64,000 nt of DNA from Leucoraja erinacea (lineage: Eukaryota): the NCBI RefSeq assembly GCF_028641065.1, contig NC_073406.1, positions 10,478,001 through 10,542,000 of the forward strand. Direction: 5' to 3'. Shown one piece after another: positions 60,505-64,000 of this stretch. The stretch's first letter is position 1. Each line of letters starts with the position of its first letter. A program made the position numbers and the translations under genes. Below the pieces are notes generated by a model. It searched no databases. It saw only the letters and a program-made list of their open reading frames with translations, and was not told where the DNA came from.

Positions 60505-61005
60505 GGAGGCACGGTGGCACAGAGGCAGAGGTTGCAGGTGGTTGCCGGAGGTTGCCGGCAACCTATTTATAGTCGCGGCAGGTTTTGAATGTTTTGAAAT
60601 AATCGCCGGAACATGGAAGGAGCGGAAACCACTTTCGACCATTAGGGAGACTGACAAAAACCTCCGGGAACCGCACGGAAACCTTGGGTGGGGCTCAAAG
60701 TCGACAGAGGTTTCCGTTCAGGTTTCCTAAGTGGGACAGGGGCATCATCACAGCGCCAGTGACCCGGGTTCGATCCAGACTACAGGTGCTGTCGGTACAG
60801 AGTTTGTACGTTCTCCCCCCGACCTACGTGGGTTTCCTTCAGGAGCTCTGGTCTCTTCCCACACTCCAAAGACATACAGGTTTGTAGGTTAATTGGCTTG
60901 GTATAAATGAAAATTGTCTCTAGTGGGTGAAGGATAGTGTGCGGGGATCGTAGGACGGCGCGGGCCAAAGGGGCCTGTTTCTCTCAACTAAACTAAACTA
61001 AACTC
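60505..61005 (+). mobile_element. V-SINE with Harbinger-like MITE fragment (60528-60745) in its head
   Basis: AAGTGGGACAGGGGCA TIR-like end, then the SINE resumes TCACAGCGCCAGTGACCCGGGTTCGATCC. Confidence 0.82.
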
Positions 61006-61057
61006 CTTGGAAATAATGTTCCAAGTGATCCTATCAGTTATTAAGGTACATCTTATT

Positions 61058-61510
61058 AAGGGTGCAGAGAAGATTTACGAGGATGTTGCCAGGCCTCGAG
61101 GGAACGAGCCATAGGGAGAGGTTGAGCAGGCTTGGAGTGCAGGAGGCTGTGGAGTGATCTTGTAGAGGTGTACACTATCGTGGGGGGGTATACATAGGGT
61201 GAGCGCACAGTCTTGTATTTAGAGTAAGGGAATCAAGAACTAGAGGATATAAGTTTAAGGTGAGAGGAGCAAAATGGAATAGGAACATAAGGGGCAACTT
61301 TTTCACGAAAAGGGTGGTGAATATAATGAAAGAGCTGCCAGAGGAGGATTGAACCTGGGTCTCTGGCGCTGTAAAGCAGAAGCAGTATTAATTACCACTA
61401 ATTAATACTGCTAAGGATAGTGCTAATTTACAGGGATCGCTGGTCAGCGCAGATTCGGTGGGCCGAAGGGCAAGTTTCCATGCTGTATATCTAAACTAAA
61501 CTAAACTAAG
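61058..61510. mobile_element. CR1 fragment (+) joined to inverted SINE head, 14-bp hairpin and SINE tail
   Basis: Hairpin AGCAGTATTAATTA-CCAC-TAATTAATACTGCT at 61381-61412. Confidence 0.8.
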
Positions 61511-62644
61511 ATGAGACAGATGCATATTGAGCTGTACTGAGATTTAAGGAATAGAGATATCTGGAGGTAACAAAGCAGAGGAAATTGTCCACATGCATGT
61601 GACTCGTAAATAATATCCTTGGTTTCCAGAATTGGAAGGTAGACACATTCTTTCCAAGTCGAGGGAAAATGCTTTAGTGTCATTTCTTGTCAAATTGATG
61701 GCATTTGTTGCCGCCTGTAATTGAGTGTATACAAACTGAAACTCACCCTGCGATCAGCTACATAATCTGCCACGCTAACAATCATTGCCCATTGAATTAC
61801 CTACCGCTATGCTCCTCTGGTTGATGTAGAAACGGCAGATAGGATGCCTAATGACAACCTTATCAACCAGACAGAAAACATATTTAATTAACTCTAAACT
61901 GAAGGTTTTGATTTGCGATAAATTAGAAGGAATGACAGAAGAAAAATCAATCAGTTATCTCCCGTATCCCATCCATCACTGTTAGCAAGAAGGTCTCAGA
62001 GGCTAACCAAAGGTCAAATCATTTTCAGGGTGATAGATTATGTGGTTGGTATTCAATGAATATTTATTCCTTCTTGTGAGTATAATGTTAACTGAGTCGG
62101 ACACTGTGAGTAATCCAGGCTTGGAGCATGGTTGACATTAAGTAATACGGCTTCAGGGCCCATAGTTAGGGGGGATATTCCCAACTCATCAATGATGTTT
62201 CAAAGTGATACTATTCTGCTTTCCAATAAGTATGTCTTTACTTGTGCAGAATGATGCTGCTTCTTATTTGGAGAACACACTATTATTGTTTGTTTTGTTC
62301 TGTGTATGTATGTGTGCATGTGTAAAGAATATATACTATATATATATGTGTATTTGTGCATATGTGTATTTATACACACACTGAATTTTTATTTCTCTCT
62401 CGTTTATTATATTGTTTACAGTGTACTATGTTTACATATTCTGTTGTGCTGTTGCAGAGAGTTATCTATCTCTGCTGTGTAGCAATGTGCAAAACCTTCA
62501 ACCCTTCTTACACAGATCCACCAACTCCAGCCCCATCTCCACAAAGTAATCGATGCAATGACGTACTTGCTTCACCATCCTGTTATCGTCTAACTGACCC
62601 ACGTTGTTCTCTGAGGGATTTGTGTAGTGCATGGCCATCCTGTC

Positions 62645-63048
62645 AGAATATTAATCAGGACAGGCACGAAATGCTGGAGTAGCTCAGCGGGGCAGGCAGC
62701 ATCTCCAGAGTAAATGGAACGGGTGGTGTTTTGGGTCAGAACCCTTCCTCAGACTTTCCGTCCCGGGCCTTCTCCACTGTTGAGACCCTTCCACAGACTG
62801 AGAATCAGGGGAAAGGGAGAAAGAGAGATATGGAAGGGTAAGGTGTGAAAACAAGAGATCAAAGGGGACGAAGGTCAAGGAAAATATAGACTGGATCATT
62901 GTTAGCTGTGGGGAAGGTGACAACGAGAGATATAATCAGTAAAATTTAATCAGGAGGACAGTGGAACTAGTCGGAGAACTCAGTTGGGGGAGGGATGGAG
63001 AGAGAGGGAAAGCAAAAGTTACGAGAAGTTAGAGAAGTATATTCATCA
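62645..63048 (-). mobile_element. PLE 3' end and pLTR
   Basis: Homologous to 20925-21282 and the reverse complement of 55225-55570. Confidence 0.85.
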
Positions 63049-63515
63049 ATCTGTGAATCCATCCCCTCCTTACCACTGATCTCGGGTGGAAAGGTTTGGA
63101 AATAGCCTTTACACGACACCAGAGCCTAAAGCACGGCCCAGAACTTTCTCCAATTTATCACTAGCCTTTACCAAAGGGAATTAAGGAATACTCCATGTTG
63201 AACAGAAAGATGGGTAATTACACTATTATTACAATGTAAACGAGCAGAAAATAAAACCAGTACAAGGTCAACGATGCATCAACGATATTGAGCAGTCATG
63301 AGACTTGAGACATAACGCAGAAGGATTAGCAATTCAGGAGAGCAATTCATTAACATAATTCTTGAGGTGTGTAAGCATGGTGTGTGTTGCACTTACACCA
63401 AGTTGCCTCAGTGCCAAGATCCAGGAGCAATGGAACATCTGCATTGTTTATTAGCGACACTTCCAGAGAGGAGAAGCGCTAATGGGGCGGGGTGAGGTGG
63501 TGGGGTGGGGTGAGG

Positions 63516-63694
63516 TGATGATGATGATGATGATGGCGATGATGATGATGGTGAAGATGATGATGATGATATTTTATTGTCACTTGCACCTACGCAGGTA
63601 CAGTGAAATTATTCTTGTCATTTGCATACAAACTACACAACAGAGTCGCCACAAAGATGCTGACAAAGTTGCAAAAAGTACTCCTCCCTTCTCT

Positions 63695-63748
<54 letters not shown>

Positions 63749-63830
63749 ATGCCAGGTTCCCCCTTTGTTCTCGGCGACACAACCTGTCCGCCTCAGCCCG
63801 ACCTCGAGACTCTGACCTCGTCCTCGTCCC
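63516..63830 (-). mobile_element. Rex/Babar-type tailed element 3' end with (ATC)n tail and poly-G tract
   Basis: Minus strand ...ATTTCACTGTACC...GTGACAATAAAATATCATCATC; plus-strand (GAT)n 63516-63570 and poly-C 63697-63748. Confidence 0.65.
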
Positions 63831-64000
63831 ATCCATGCTGAGCTTCACACTGATGCCACATCTTAGTCTCGCTGAAAGCATGTGAGGGCTCCAGGCCTGC
63901 AAGGGAGACTCTCTATGGTAACACAACAACGGCAATAGAGGCGACGCTATGCAGGGGCGAAAGTGGTGGTGGAGGAAATCCTCACCAGGAAGAAGGTGGG

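Noticed and set aside
63482-63841. Poly-Met/poly-Pro and poly-Gly ORFs (also 30710-31004, 34900-35377)
   Set aside because: Translations of (GAT)n, poly-C and purine tracts; homopolymer lengths are also unreliable.

Overview
This is eukaryotic, repeat-dense, non-coding DNA. The repeat families point to a cartilaginous fish, most likely a skate or ray (inference). They are HE1-like tRNA-derived V-SINEs with (TAAAC)n tails, HER1/CR1 LINE 3' fragments, Penelope-like pLTR derivatives, Rex1/Babar, L2, Vingi, DeuSINE and PIF/Harbinger MITEs. I recognise no host protein-coding gene. The ORFs with recognisable homology are transposon relics: CR1 RT, Penelope GIY-YIG, Rex/Babar and Vingi C-termini, and Ty3/gypsy gag-protease. 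There are two N gaps. The strongest signal is a 137-138 bp TSD-flanked mini-retroelement at 29164-29301 (minus strand). Its 5' end folds into a minimal HDV/CPEB3-type self-cleaving ribozyme, missing only the first G, and starts within 1 nt of the predicted cleavage site. Other signals: many hammerhead-core motifs in Penelope-derived fold-back mini-elements, a 158-bp target-site-like duplication, and locally templated inverted insertions at repair junctions. Three mosaic or compressed segments look like consensus artefacts over heterozygous insertions. Repeat boundaries were read by eye and are approximate unless a TSD or TIR is quoted. Family names rest on recalled motifs, not database searches.
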